A stretch of DNA of 61,127 nucleotides, the filler included. It is 7 parts of 7 records of this genome, joined end to end, with 100 filler letters (N's around TTAATTAATTAA, not from the genome) between each part and the next. Parts side by side here need not be neighbours in the genome. Positions count along the whole stretch, not along the records: positions 1 to 11,362 come from SRR31156797_46408; 6 more parts are not named here. The stretch is one strand, 5' to 3'. The notes beneath the pieces are model-generated. The model made no database searches and had not been told where the DNA came from. It was given only the letters and a program-made list of their open reading frames with translations. The stretch's first letter is position 1; the number at the start of each line of letters is the position of its first letter. Both the position numbers and the translations under genes were made by a program. Below are positions 1-8,190 of the stretch, piece by piece.

Positions 1-1
1 C

Positions 2-1090
2 ATGTTCACGGCCAACTCCATGAACTGCCTGTCCGAATCTATCGGGCTGGCCCTGCCCGGCAACGGCACCATCCCGGCTGTCATGTCGGCCCGTGTACGG
101 CTGGCCAAACAGGCCGGTATGCAGGTTATGGAGATGCTGGAACGCGACATCAAGCCGCGTGATATCGTCACCGAGAAGTCCGTGCATAACGCCGTGACCA
201 TGGATATGGCACTGGGGTGTTCCACCAACACGACGTTACACTTGCCTGCGCTGTTTGCCGAGGCCGGTCTTGATTTGAATCTTGAGATGTTCAACGAGAT
301 CAGTAAAAAAACACCGAACCTGTGCAAATTGTCTCCGGCTGGTCCGCATTTTATGGAAGACCTGAACGAGTCCGGAGGTATTCCCGGCGTGATGTCCGAA
401 CTGGTCAAACGCGACCTGCTCAACCTTGATGTCATGACTGTTACGGGTAAGACACTGGGTGAGAACCTCAAGAATCTGGACGCCAAGGTGACGAATAATG
501 AAATCGTCCGGCCCATTGATAATCCGTATTCGGAAGAGGGCGGTATCGCCATCCTGTATGGTAATATCGCGCCAGAAGGATGCTGTGTGAAGCAATCTGC
601 CGTGGCTCCTGAGATGATGCAGAATACCGGCACTGCCAAGGTCTATACGACAGAAGAAGATGCAGTCGAAGCCATCCTCGGTGGCAAAATCGTGTCCGGT
701 GACGTGGTGGTCGTACTGTATGAAGGTCCCAAGGGCGGACCGGGAATGCGTGAAATGCTCACTCCCACCTCGGCTATTTCCGGCATGGGGCTTGGTGAGT
801 CGGTGGCCTTGCTAACCGATGGCCGTTTTTCTGGTGGAACACGTGGCGCGGCTATCGGACATATCTCACCCGAAGCAGCAGCTGGCGGTCCTTGCGGTTT
901 GATTCAGAATGGCGACAAAATCGAGATCGACATCCCGGCGCGGAAGATTCATCTGCTGGTGGACGATGCAGAATTGGAAGAGCGACGAAAAACTCATGTG
1001 CCTGTGATCAAGGAAGTGAAGTCCCCATTCCTGCGCCGTTACGCAAAATTGGTCACTTCAGCTTCACGTGGAGCGGTGTACGAAAAGTAA
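2..1090 (+). CDS. ilvD: Dihydroxy-acid dehydratase (5'-truncated by window edge)
   Basis: Motifs [50 protein letters not shown]. Confidence 0.96.
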   Translation: MFTANSMNCLSESIGLALPGNGTIPAVMSARVRLAKQAGMQVMEMLERDIKPRDIVTEKSVHNAVTMDMALGCSTNTTLHLPALFAEAGLDLNLEMFNEISKKTPNLCKLSPAGPHFMEDLNESGGIPGVMSELVKRDLLNLDVMTVTGKTLGENLKNLDAKVTNNEIVRPIDNPYSEEGGIAILYGNIAPEGCCVKQSAVAPEMMQNTGTAKVYTTEEDAVEAILGGKIVSGDVVVVLYEGPKGGPGMREMLTPTSAISGMGLGESVALLTDGRFSGGTRGAAIGHISPEAAAGGPCGLIQNGDKIEIDIPARKIHLLVDDAELEERRKTHVPVIKEVKSPFLRRYAKLVTSASRGAVYEK

Positions 1091-1112
1091 CCGATAATAG
1101 AAAAAACTGTAT

Positions 1113-1146
1113 AGCCGGTCGAAGTGATTTCGACCGGCTTTTTTTT
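1113..1146 (+). terminator. Intrinsic terminator after ilvD
   Basis: AGCCGGTCGAA-gtgat-TTCGACCGGCT followed by a T-run. Confidence 0.85.
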
Positions 1147-1255
1147 GTTCAATTCTTTCTAAGATGTTGCATATTATGAGAGTTTCTGTGTAGGTAATGA
1201 TAGAAGTGGATTCTTGTGGTGGTGTTTCTCAATAGGTGAATGAAAAGGGGAAAAG

Positions 1256-2014
1256 ATGGGCGTTCGGTTTTTTTTGTTCGCTGTTATTCTCGTTTTGCTG
1301 CAGGTGACACCAGCTTTGAGTGAAAGCATAAAGGTTGTGACCGAAGAGTGGCCACCATATAATCAAAAGGTCCGTGGCGAAGTCGGTGGTGTGGTGACAG
1401 AAGTTGTTCGAGCTACGTTGGATCGTGCCGGATTTGAGTACTCTATTGATATTTACCCGTGGGCTCGAGCGTATGAGATGGCCCGAACGCAGAAAAATGT
1501 CCTTGTTTATTCCATTTTCAAATTGCCGAGCAGAGAATCTCATTTCAAATGGATTAAGGTCGAAGGGCTATCCATTGATATGTATTTGTTCAGTCCGAAA
1601 CATCGGACAGATATCACGATTACAACATTGGATGAGGCTCGAAAATATAGGGTCGGAGTAACTCGTGAGACGTCCACGCACCATTTTTTACTTTCTCAGG
1701 GGTTTAAAGATGGAGTTAATCTGTTCCCCGTTAATTGTGAACAGCAGAATGAGTTGAAATCTTCCCAAAATGTCGGGCGCATAGATCTGACAACCGGAGA
1801 TAAACTGTCGCTGGCCCATTGGCTTAACCAATCTGGCCACTCCTCTGATTATTGGGTTCCCCGAGTACCTCTTTTTACAGAGGATTTTTACATGGCATTT
1901 GGCAATGAAACCTCTGACGAAGTCGTGGAAGGTGTGCGAAGGGCGTTTTCAGAAATTCGTGAAGAAGGGCAACTGGACGCTATCGTGGATAAGTACTGGC
2001 GTATGTTTGAATAG
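1256..2014 (+). CDS. Family-3-like periplasmic solute-binding protein (no permease nearby)
   Basis: N-terminal signal peptide; TEEWPPY, YPWARA, FYMAF and IVDKY patterns of SBP_bac_3-like proteins. Confidence 0.8.
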   Translation: MGVRFFLFAVILVLLQVTPALSESIKVVTEEWPPYNQKVRGEVGGVVTEVVRATLDRAGFEYSIDIYPWARAYEMARTQKNVLVYSIFKLPSRESHFKWIKVEGLSIDMYLFSPKHRTDITITTLDEARKYRVGVTRETSTHHFLLSQGFKDGVNLFPVNCEQQNELKSSQNVGRIDLTTGDKLSLAHWLNQSGHSSDYWVPRVPLFTEDFYMAFGNETSDEVVEGVRRAFSEIREEGQLDAIVDKYWRMFE

Positions 2015-2048
2015 CTCCGCTTAATATGGGGTTTCTACCCTTTAGAAA

Positions 2049-2087
2049 TGAGAAAAGCCTCCTTGCGGAGGCTTGTTGTTTTTCTCA
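2049..2087. terminator. Hairpin, likely bidirectional terminator
   Basis: AAGCCTCC-ttgc-GGAGGCTT flanked by TGAGAAAA/TTTTCTCA. Confidence 0.75.
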
Positions 2088-2105
2088 GTGCAAAAAAGGA
2101 AGATG
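2050..2105 (-). ncRNA. Candidate sigma54-dependent small RNA (~55 nt)
   Basis: Lies between the -24/-12 motif at 2116-2132 (minus) and a terminator hairpin; no ORF in between. Confidence 0.4.
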
Positions 2106-2115
2106 CTTTCTTTAT

Positions 2116-2132
2116 AGCACGTGGCGTGCCAA
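2116..2132 (-). promoter_or_regulatory. Sigma54 (-24/-12) promoter
   Basis: Minus strand reads TTGGCACGCCACGTGCT, giving GG-N10-GC with TGGCAC. Confidence 0.7.
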
Positions 2133-2300
2133 ACTTTTTTATATTGAAAATAAATTTTTTAAAATCAATAAAAACGAATGCTTAGATAGATAGGCTTTTT
2201 GTTTGTTGAAAGGTTGTTTTATCCCGTGCGAGTACAAGAATTTTTACTTCTTCAAGAACACCTGTGATACCGACAAAATTTTTAAACCTGTTGAAATAAG

Positions 2301-2329
2301 AAAAGGGCCGCCCGAGAGCAGCCCTTTTT
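2301..2329 (-). terminator. Terminator after aminotransferase
   Basis: AAAAGGGC..GCCCTTTTT imperfect hairpin 20 nt past the stop. Confidence 0.65.
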
Positions 2330-2348
2330 GTTGTGTATGAATGTGGGA

Positions 2349-3539
2349 CTATTTGTATTTTTCCATGGTTCGGGCAAAGCCGTCTTTGGCTCGCAGAATA
2401 ACATCTTCACCCACGCAGAAAGCGAGTCTGATGTAGCCGGGACAACCAAAACCGGTCCCTGGAACGGCCAGAATCTTTTCTTCCTGCAAGGCCGCGCAGA
2501 ATTCGATGTCATCTCCACCCGGTGCTTTGGGGAAAAAGTAGAAGGCGCCTTTGGGCATGGTGTACTCACATCCTGCATTGTCCAGAACTGACGCCATGGC
2601 TTTGCGGCGGTCGTCATAAATTGAGATGTCCACGGAGCTTCCCAACGCTTTGCCGAGAATCTTTTGCGCCAAAGCCGGGGCGTTGACGAAACCGAGGATG
2701 CGGTTCGCGAGAACAATACCGCCGACGAGTGTATCCTTGTCCTCCATAGCCGGATTGACCAGCGCATAGCCGATGCGCTCACCAGCCATGGACAGGTTCT
2801 TGGAAAAGGAGGAGCAGACCACCGAGTACGGATAGACATCCAGCATGCTCGGGACCTCCACGCCGTCAAAGGCGAGAAAGCGGTAAGGCTCGTCAGACAG
2901 GATGAAGATCGGTTTGTCGCGGCCTTCATTGTGCTTGTGAAGAATGGCGGCCAGACCGTCGAGCTCTTCGCGGGAGTAGACCGCACCTGTGGGGTTGTTG
3001 GGTGAGTTGATGAGTACCACGCGGGTTTTGTCCGTAATGGCGGCGTCCATTGCATCAAGGTCCAGTTCAAAGGTCAGAGGCTTGGCCGGGACCGGGACCA
3101 GAGATGCACCGTAATTTTCACAATAGAAACCATATTCGACAAAGAATGGTGCCGGGGACATGACTTCATCGCCCGGTTCCAGCACGGCGCGGAAAAATGA
3201 GTTGAGCGCACCGGCTGCGCCACAGGTGATGATCAAGCTGTCAGCGGGAACGTCCACGCCCTGTTCCTTGCTGACTTCTTCAGCCAGTCTTTGACGAACG
3301 TCAGGATAGCCGAAGTTGGGCATGTAGCCCATGAAGAAGGGCTTGTCTGCCTGTTCTGCCAAATCGTTCAGAGCATTTTTGATCGCGGCAGGCGGTGGCA
3401 GATCGGGGTTGCCCAAACTGAAGTCGCAGACCGCGTCTTCACCGAATTGTTTCTTCAGGGCAATTCCTTCCTCAAACATTTTGCGAATCCATGAGGACCG
3501 CTTCATGTAGCCGGATATTTGGGATGAGATCAGTTGCAT
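2349..3539 (-). CDS. PLP-dependent class I/II (aspartate-type) aminotransferase
   Basis: NSPNNPTG, SDEPY, SFSKNLSMAGERIG; start MQLISS preceded by AAGGAG. Confidence 0.92.
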   Translation of the reverse strand: MQLISSQISGYMKRSSWIRKMFEEGIALKKQFGEDAVCDFSLGNPDLPPPAAIKNALNDLAEQADKPFFMGYMPNFGYPDVRQRLAEEVSKEQGVDVPADSLIITCGAAGALNSFFRAVLEPGDEVMSPAPFFVEYGFYCENYGASLVPVPAKPLTFELDLDAMDAAITDKTRVVLINSPNNPTGAVYSREELDGLAAILHKHNEGRDKPIFILSDEPYRFLAFDGVEVPSMLDVYPYSVVCSSFSKNLSMAGERIGYALVNPAMEDKDTLVGGIVLANRILGFVNAPALAQKILGKALGSSVDISIYDDRRKAMASVLDNAGCEYTMPKGAFYFFPKAPGGDDIEFCAALQEEKILAVPGTGFGCPGYIRLAFCVGEDVILRAKDGFARTMEKYK

Positions 3540-3738
3540 TTGTGTCTCCTTTTTATCGAGTGAAACGCCACTGTAAGGGAAAGAAGTTCCGCTCGCAAGA
3601 CAATGAAAGAACGAATAAAACAAGTTTGTTTTTCCCCGTGATATTTCGATGTGTTGTCTTTTTTCTCGCTGCCTTGCGCCAATTTCGAATCAGGGCTAAG
3701 TGGAAAACAAAGAGTCGAACCCACCTTTGGAGGGGCGC

Positions 3739-5835
3739 ATGGATACGGCAACCAACGCGACGGAGTCGCAGGCAATTATCGAGGCGCAGCAAACACGCAT
3801 CGCAGAGCTTGAGTCGGAACTGGGCAAGTATCAGGGCGTGCTTGATGCCATGTCCGATGGTATTCTCATTCTGCAAGATACCTTTTTTGATTGTAATAAA
3901 AGCGCGTGTCGCATTTGGAAGGCGGACAAAGGGCAGATTCTCGGCCGTTCACCGGCGGAATTCGCCCCGGAAAAACAGCCCAATGGTCGCGATTCTCATC
4001 TCATGGCGCAGGAAAAGATACGGGCTGCAGCCGATGGAACCCCTCAACGTTTTTTTTGGAAGGACAAACAGGGTGACGGCACACTTATTGATACGGAAGT
4101 GTCACTTAAAGCAGTAGATATTAATAATGAGCAATACGTTGTCGCGACCATTCGTGATATTACAGAAGATTTGCGCCGGGAGCGTAAACGCACCATTCTG
4201 TATGATCGTATGGAAGGGATTATTGAAAAACGCACTGAAGAACTGAAGTCTTCGCACGATGCACTCAAGGATGAACGTTTTTATCGGACTCAGGTTGAGG
4301 ATGATCTCGAACGGGCAGACATGGAACTCAACCAAGTGTTTGAAACCTCGGTGGATGGATTGATCGTCACCGACAATAAGAAAAACATTCTTAAGATCAA
4401 CCGCGCCTTTTCCGAATTGTCCGGTCACGGACACGACGATATTGAAAGCAAAAAATGTTTTGAAGTTTTTCCCTGTCAGGGGTGTGACGGTGTTCACTGT
4501 ATGGCCTCGGCACGGCTGATGGGTCGAGATCGGGCCGACTACGAAACGGATTGTCGAGATGCTTCGGGCAAAACCGTTCCTTGTTCGCTCACGGCTACCA
4601 AACTCAAGGATTCGGACGGTGTTCCCATCGGCATGGTGGTGAGTTATCGAAACATTACCGATTATCGCCAATGGGTTGAAGCGTTGCAGCACTCTGAGGC
4701 ATTGCACCGTATCACTTTGGCCAGTATTTCAGATGCCGTATTTATCACCGATGACGACGGGCATTTTATTTATATCAGTCCCAGTGTGAAGACCGTGTTT
4801 GGCTATACCGAGCATGAAGTGCGTTGGTTCGACGAGATTTCTGCGTTACTTGGTGAGAATTTCTATGATCGTGCTCGACTGGCCGCGTTCGGTGAGATTC
4901 GTAATATTGAGTTGTCTGTCTGTGACAAGTTGGGCCGTGAGCATGAGCTGATGGTCAACGTCAAAAAGGTCTCCATTCAGAACGGAACCACGCTTATCAC
5001 TTGCCGTGATATTACGGAAAAGCGTGAGGCCGAGCACGAAGCTAATCTTAAACAGGAGCAATTGGTACAGGCGGGCAAGATGGTCAGTCTTGGTATTCTG
5101 GTGTCGGGTGTGGCGCATGAGGTGAACAATCCGAATAATTATATCATGCTTAATTCCCAGTTGCTTTCTCGCATGTGGGCCGGAGCCATTCCCGCATTAG
5201 ATCGATATTATGACGACAACGGGGATTTCACTCTCGGTGGCCTTAAATACAGTCAGGCTCGTGATCGGGTACCGCGTTTGTTTGACAGTGTCTTGGAAGG
5301 CTCGGAACGAATTAAACGAATCGTCAAGGACCTCAAGGATTATGCACGCCATGATTCCACGGAAATGGATCAGGCCGTTTTTATTAATTCTGTGCTCAAG
5401 CATTCCCTGAATTTGTTGGCGAATCAGATCAAGCAGGCCACCTACAATTTTGAGGTACAGTATGCTCATGGTCGCCCGATGGTGCGGGGTAATTATCAGA
5501 AAATTGAACAGGTAATCATCAATCTCGTGCAAAATTCTTGTGAAGCCCTGCCTGAAAAGAATTGCGCTATCACTGTGATCACCCGGTTGGATGCAGAGAG
5601 TGGTAGCACGGTCGTCGAAGTTGTGGATGAAGGAACCGGTATTTCCAAAACTGATTTGCCCCATGTGACCGATCCGTTTTTCACGACCAAACGGGACATC
5701 GGTGGCACCGGACTGGGATTGTCCGTTTCCCACAAGATCGTGAGCGAGCATAATGGCACTTTGGAATTTCTCCCTCGAACCGGTAAGGGGACACGGGCTG
5801 TTTTGACCCTGCCAGCCGAACCTCATTCTAGTTAG
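3739..5835 (+). CDS. Cytoplasmic multi-PAS sensor histidine kinase (NtrB-like)
   Basis: Three PAS-like repeats, H-box AHEVNNP, DEGTG, FFTTK, GTGLGL; GGAGGGG RBS before ATG 3739; no clear TM helix. Confidence 0.92.
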   Translation: MDTATNATESQAIIEAQQTRIAELESELGKYQGVLDAMSDGILILQDTFFDCNKSACRIWKADKGQILGRSPAEFAPEKQPNGRDSHLMAQEKIRAAADGTPQRFFWKDKQGDGTLIDTEVSLKAVDINNEQYVVATIRDITEDLRRERKRTILYDRMEGIIEKRTEELKSSHDALKDERFYRTQVEDDLERADMELNQVFETSVDGLIVTDNKKNILKINRAFSELSGHGHDDIESKKCFEVFPCQGCDGVHCMASARLMGRDRADYETDCRDASGKTVPCSLTATKLKDSDGVPIGMVVSYRNITDYRQWVEALQHSEALHRITLASISDAVFITDDDGHFIYISPSVKTVFGYTEHEVRWFDEISALLGENFYDRARLAAFGEIRNIELSVCDKLGREHELMVNVKKVSIQNGTTLITCRDITEKREAEHEANLKQEQLVQAGKMVSLGILVSGVAHEVNNPNNYIMLNSQLLSRMWAGAIPALDRYYDDNGDFTLGGLKYSQARDRVPRLFDSVLEGSERIKRIVKDLKDYARHDSTEMDQAVFINSVLKHSLNLLANQIKQATYNFEVQYAHGRPMVRGNYQKIEQVIINLVQNSCEALPEKNCAITVITRLDAESGSTVVEVVDEGTGISKTDLPHVTDPFFTTKRDIGGTGLGLSVSHKIVSEHNGTLEFLPRTGKGTRAVLTLPAEPHSS

Positions 5836-5843
5836 GACGACGT

Positions 5844-7235
5844 ATGTATACACCGCACGTACTTATTGTGGACGATGAACCCGCATCCATTGACAGTTTC
5901 GAGTTGATACTCATGGCCGGAGGCGTGGGTAACATTATGCGTTGCGATGACAGCCGTCGTGTCTTGGATATTTTGGCCGAGCATCCTGTAGACCTTATGC
6001 TGCTTGATTTGGTTATGCCTCATGTAACGGGTGAGGAATTGCTTGAACAGATCAAGGATACACACCCTAACGTCGAGGTGGTTATTATCACCGGTATCGA
6101 CACTGTTGATTCCGCAGTGAATTGCATGCGACTGGGTGCGTTCGACTATCTGGTTAAACCCGTGGACGAAACACGACTTATGTCTACCGTGACCCGCGCG
6201 TTGGAGATGCGTCGACTTAAACGGGAAAACTCCAGTTTGCGCAGTGGTTTTTTGTCCGACGCATTGGATCATCCTGAGGCCTTTGCTCACATGGTCGCTC
6301 GTGATGCACGTATGCTCAGGATGTTTAAATATGTGGAAGCCGTGGCCGGTTCTGGTCAGCCTGTACTCATCACCGGGGAATCCGGCACTGGCAAGGAATT
6401 GTTGGCTCGTGCTCTGCACACTTTGACGGCAAAGGATAAGCCTTTTGTGCCAGTTAATGTAGCCGGGGTCGACGATACCGTGTTCAGCGACACTCTGTTC
6501 GGACATCTTAAAGGCGCGTATACGGGCGCACAAAATGCACGGGCTGGACTGGTGGAACAGGCCTCCGGCGGCTGTTTGTTTCTGGACGAGATCGGTGATT
6601 TGTCAGGTGCTTCACAGGTGAAACTATTGCGACTCATTCAGGAAAGAGAGTACTTTCCTCTTGGTGCAGACCTGCCCAAATCCGCCGAGGCCCGAGTCAT
6701 TGCCGCGACCCATTGCGATCTAGAGAAAACCCGTGACGATGGGCAATTCCGTGCGGATTTATATTACCGATTGTGTATTCACCACGTTCATATCCCGCCT
6801 TTGCGGGAGCGTCCTGATGACATCTCGCTATTGGTTGATCATTTTGTGCATAAGGCTGCAGATTTATTGGATCGTGAGCCTCTCAAAATTCCAGAACGAC
6901 TCATCGCTGGACTGACAACCTATGCGTTTCCCGGCAACGTGCGCGAATTGGAGTCCATGATTTTCGATGCGGTCAGTAATTGCACTAGTGATACTTTGCC
7001 TGTGGCGACCTTCCGGGAACGGTTGGCTCTAGAAAATGGAGTGCAGCGGGGAGAGTCGGAATCTTCTGATACCATGATTTTTTCTGATCCGCTTCCTACC
7101 TTGGCTCAGGCTTCTGATCTTTTGGTGACAGAGGCCATGAAACGATCCGGCGGCAAACAAACGACTGCGGCGCGGATGCTTGGCATTTCCCAGCCAGCTT
7201 TGTCCAAGCGATTGAAGCGGATGGCTGCTGAGTGA
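5844..7235 (+). CDS. Sigma54-dependent response regulator (NtrC family, REC-AAA+-Fis HTH)
   Basis: LIVDD and LLDLVMP receiver, GESGTGKE, GAYTGA, FLDEIG, FPGNVREL, C-terminal HTH. Confidence 0.95.
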   Translation: MYTPHVLIVDDEPASIDSFELILMAGGVGNIMRCDDSRRVLDILAEHPVDLMLLDLVMPHVTGEELLEQIKDTHPNVEVVIITGIDTVDSAVNCMRLGAFDYLVKPVDETRLMSTVTRALEMRRLKRENSSLRSGFLSDALDHPEAFAHMVARDARMLRMFKYVEAVAGSGQPVLITGESGTGKELLARALHTLTAKDKPFVPVNVAGVDDTVFSDTLFGHLKGAYTGAQNARAGLVEQASGGCLFLDEIGDLSGASQVKLLRLIQEREYFPLGADLPKSAEARVIAATHCDLEKTRDDGQFRADLYYRLCIHHVHIPPLRERPDDISLLVDHFVHKAADLLDREPLKIPERLIAGLTTYAFPGNVRELESMIFDAVSNCTSDTLPVATFRERLALENGVQRGESESSDTMIFSDPLPTLAQASDLLVTEAMKRSGGKQTTAARMLGISQPALSKRLKRMAAE

Positions 7236-7340
7236 AAATAATTTGTTTGCAGTAAACTATAACCAAAGGAATATAATGATTTTTATTATATTCTTTATTT
7301 AATCCTGTAATTTCAGATAAATAGTTTGTGAACGCTTCGA

Positions 7341-7362
7341 AATTATTCCTGTCGGAATAATT
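7341..7362. promoter_or_regulatory. Palindromic candidate activator-binding site (UAS)
   Basis: AATTATTCC-tgtc-GGAATAATT perfect 9-bp inverted repeat about 75 nt upstream of the sigma54 motif; weaker similar site TATAACCaaaGGAATA at 7258-7273. Confidence 0.55.
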
Positions 7363-7436
7363 CGGGGCGTTTTTTGTTCGTGTGTTGTTTGATTTTTTAT
7401 GTAGATATTTTAAGTGGTTAAAAAGGTATAAGCCTC

Positions 7437-7452
7437 TGGCACGGTTCTTCCT
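7437..7452 (+). promoter_or_regulatory. Probable sigma54 promoter of the FeS-AOR operon
   Basis: TGGCAC-GGTTC-TTCCT; -24 element perfect, -12 reads CC instead of GC. Confidence 0.55.
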
Positions 7453-7512
7453 ATAGGAGTCGAAAACACAGGACTTACTCCATGTACGACAACACTCCAG
7501 AAGGAGGAACAA

Positions 7513-8169
7513 ATGAGTAAAATCAAGGAAACGGCCACAGGGGAAAGCAAGGGCTTTTCGCGTCGCGGCTTTCTAAAGACTGCAGGTAAGGCTGCCGGTG
7601 GCCTGGCTGCGGGAATTTTCTGTCTCAAGGAATCAGGTACGTTGGCTTTTGCCGCTCGCCCCGAAGGGTGTGATGTCCCTCCAGCTCGATATGAACTGCG
7701 CTTTAATCCCGATATTTGTGCGGGCTGTGCCTATTGCGAAGTCGCCTGTGCCCAGTTCCATGCCGGTCATGCTGATCCTTTGGCAAGCCGCAATACTTTT
7801 ACTCTCAAGCCGGTGCTTGATTTTATCGGTGTGAGTGCATTGTCCGCCAATGCTCCGGGCTGGCCTCAGGATTTGGCTCGTGCCACCTTTGCTGAATTTT
7901 CCGACAATGAACTGTGTCAGCAGTGTGCGTCCCCCGAATGTATGGATGCCTGCCCCGAAAATGCCATTTATGTGGACCCGAAAACCGGGGCTCGTGTGGT
8001 CAAGGAAGAATTGTGTGTCGGTTGTGGTGACTGTGAAGAGGCCTGTCAGTTCGATATGATCAAGGTCAATCCCCATACGGACAAGGCTACCAAATGTGAT
8101 CTGTGTGGCGGCGATCCGCAGTGTGTTGCCTGGTGTCCCACACACGCCATCACTTTCCACAAGATTTAA
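7513..8169 (+). CDS. Four-cluster 4Fe-4S protein (DmsB/YdhX-like) with Tat signal peptide
   Basis: SRRGFLK twin-arginine motif and AFA cleavage site; four Cys clusters (CAGCAYCEVAC, CQQCASPECMDAC, CVGCGDCEEAC, CDLCGGDPQCVAWC). Confidence 0.9.
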   Translation: MSKIKETATGESKGFSRRGFLKTAGKAAGGLAAGIFCLKESGTLAFAARPEGCDVPPARYELRFNPDICAGCAYCEVACAQFHAGHADPLASRNTFTLKPVLDFIGVSALSANAPGWPQDLARATFAEFSDNELCQQCASPECMDACPENAIYVDPKTGARVVKEELCVGCGDCEEACQFDMIKVNPHTDKATKCDLCGGDPQCVAWCPTHAITFHKI

Positions 8170-8190
8170 TGACCCCCAGGAGAAACTGAC

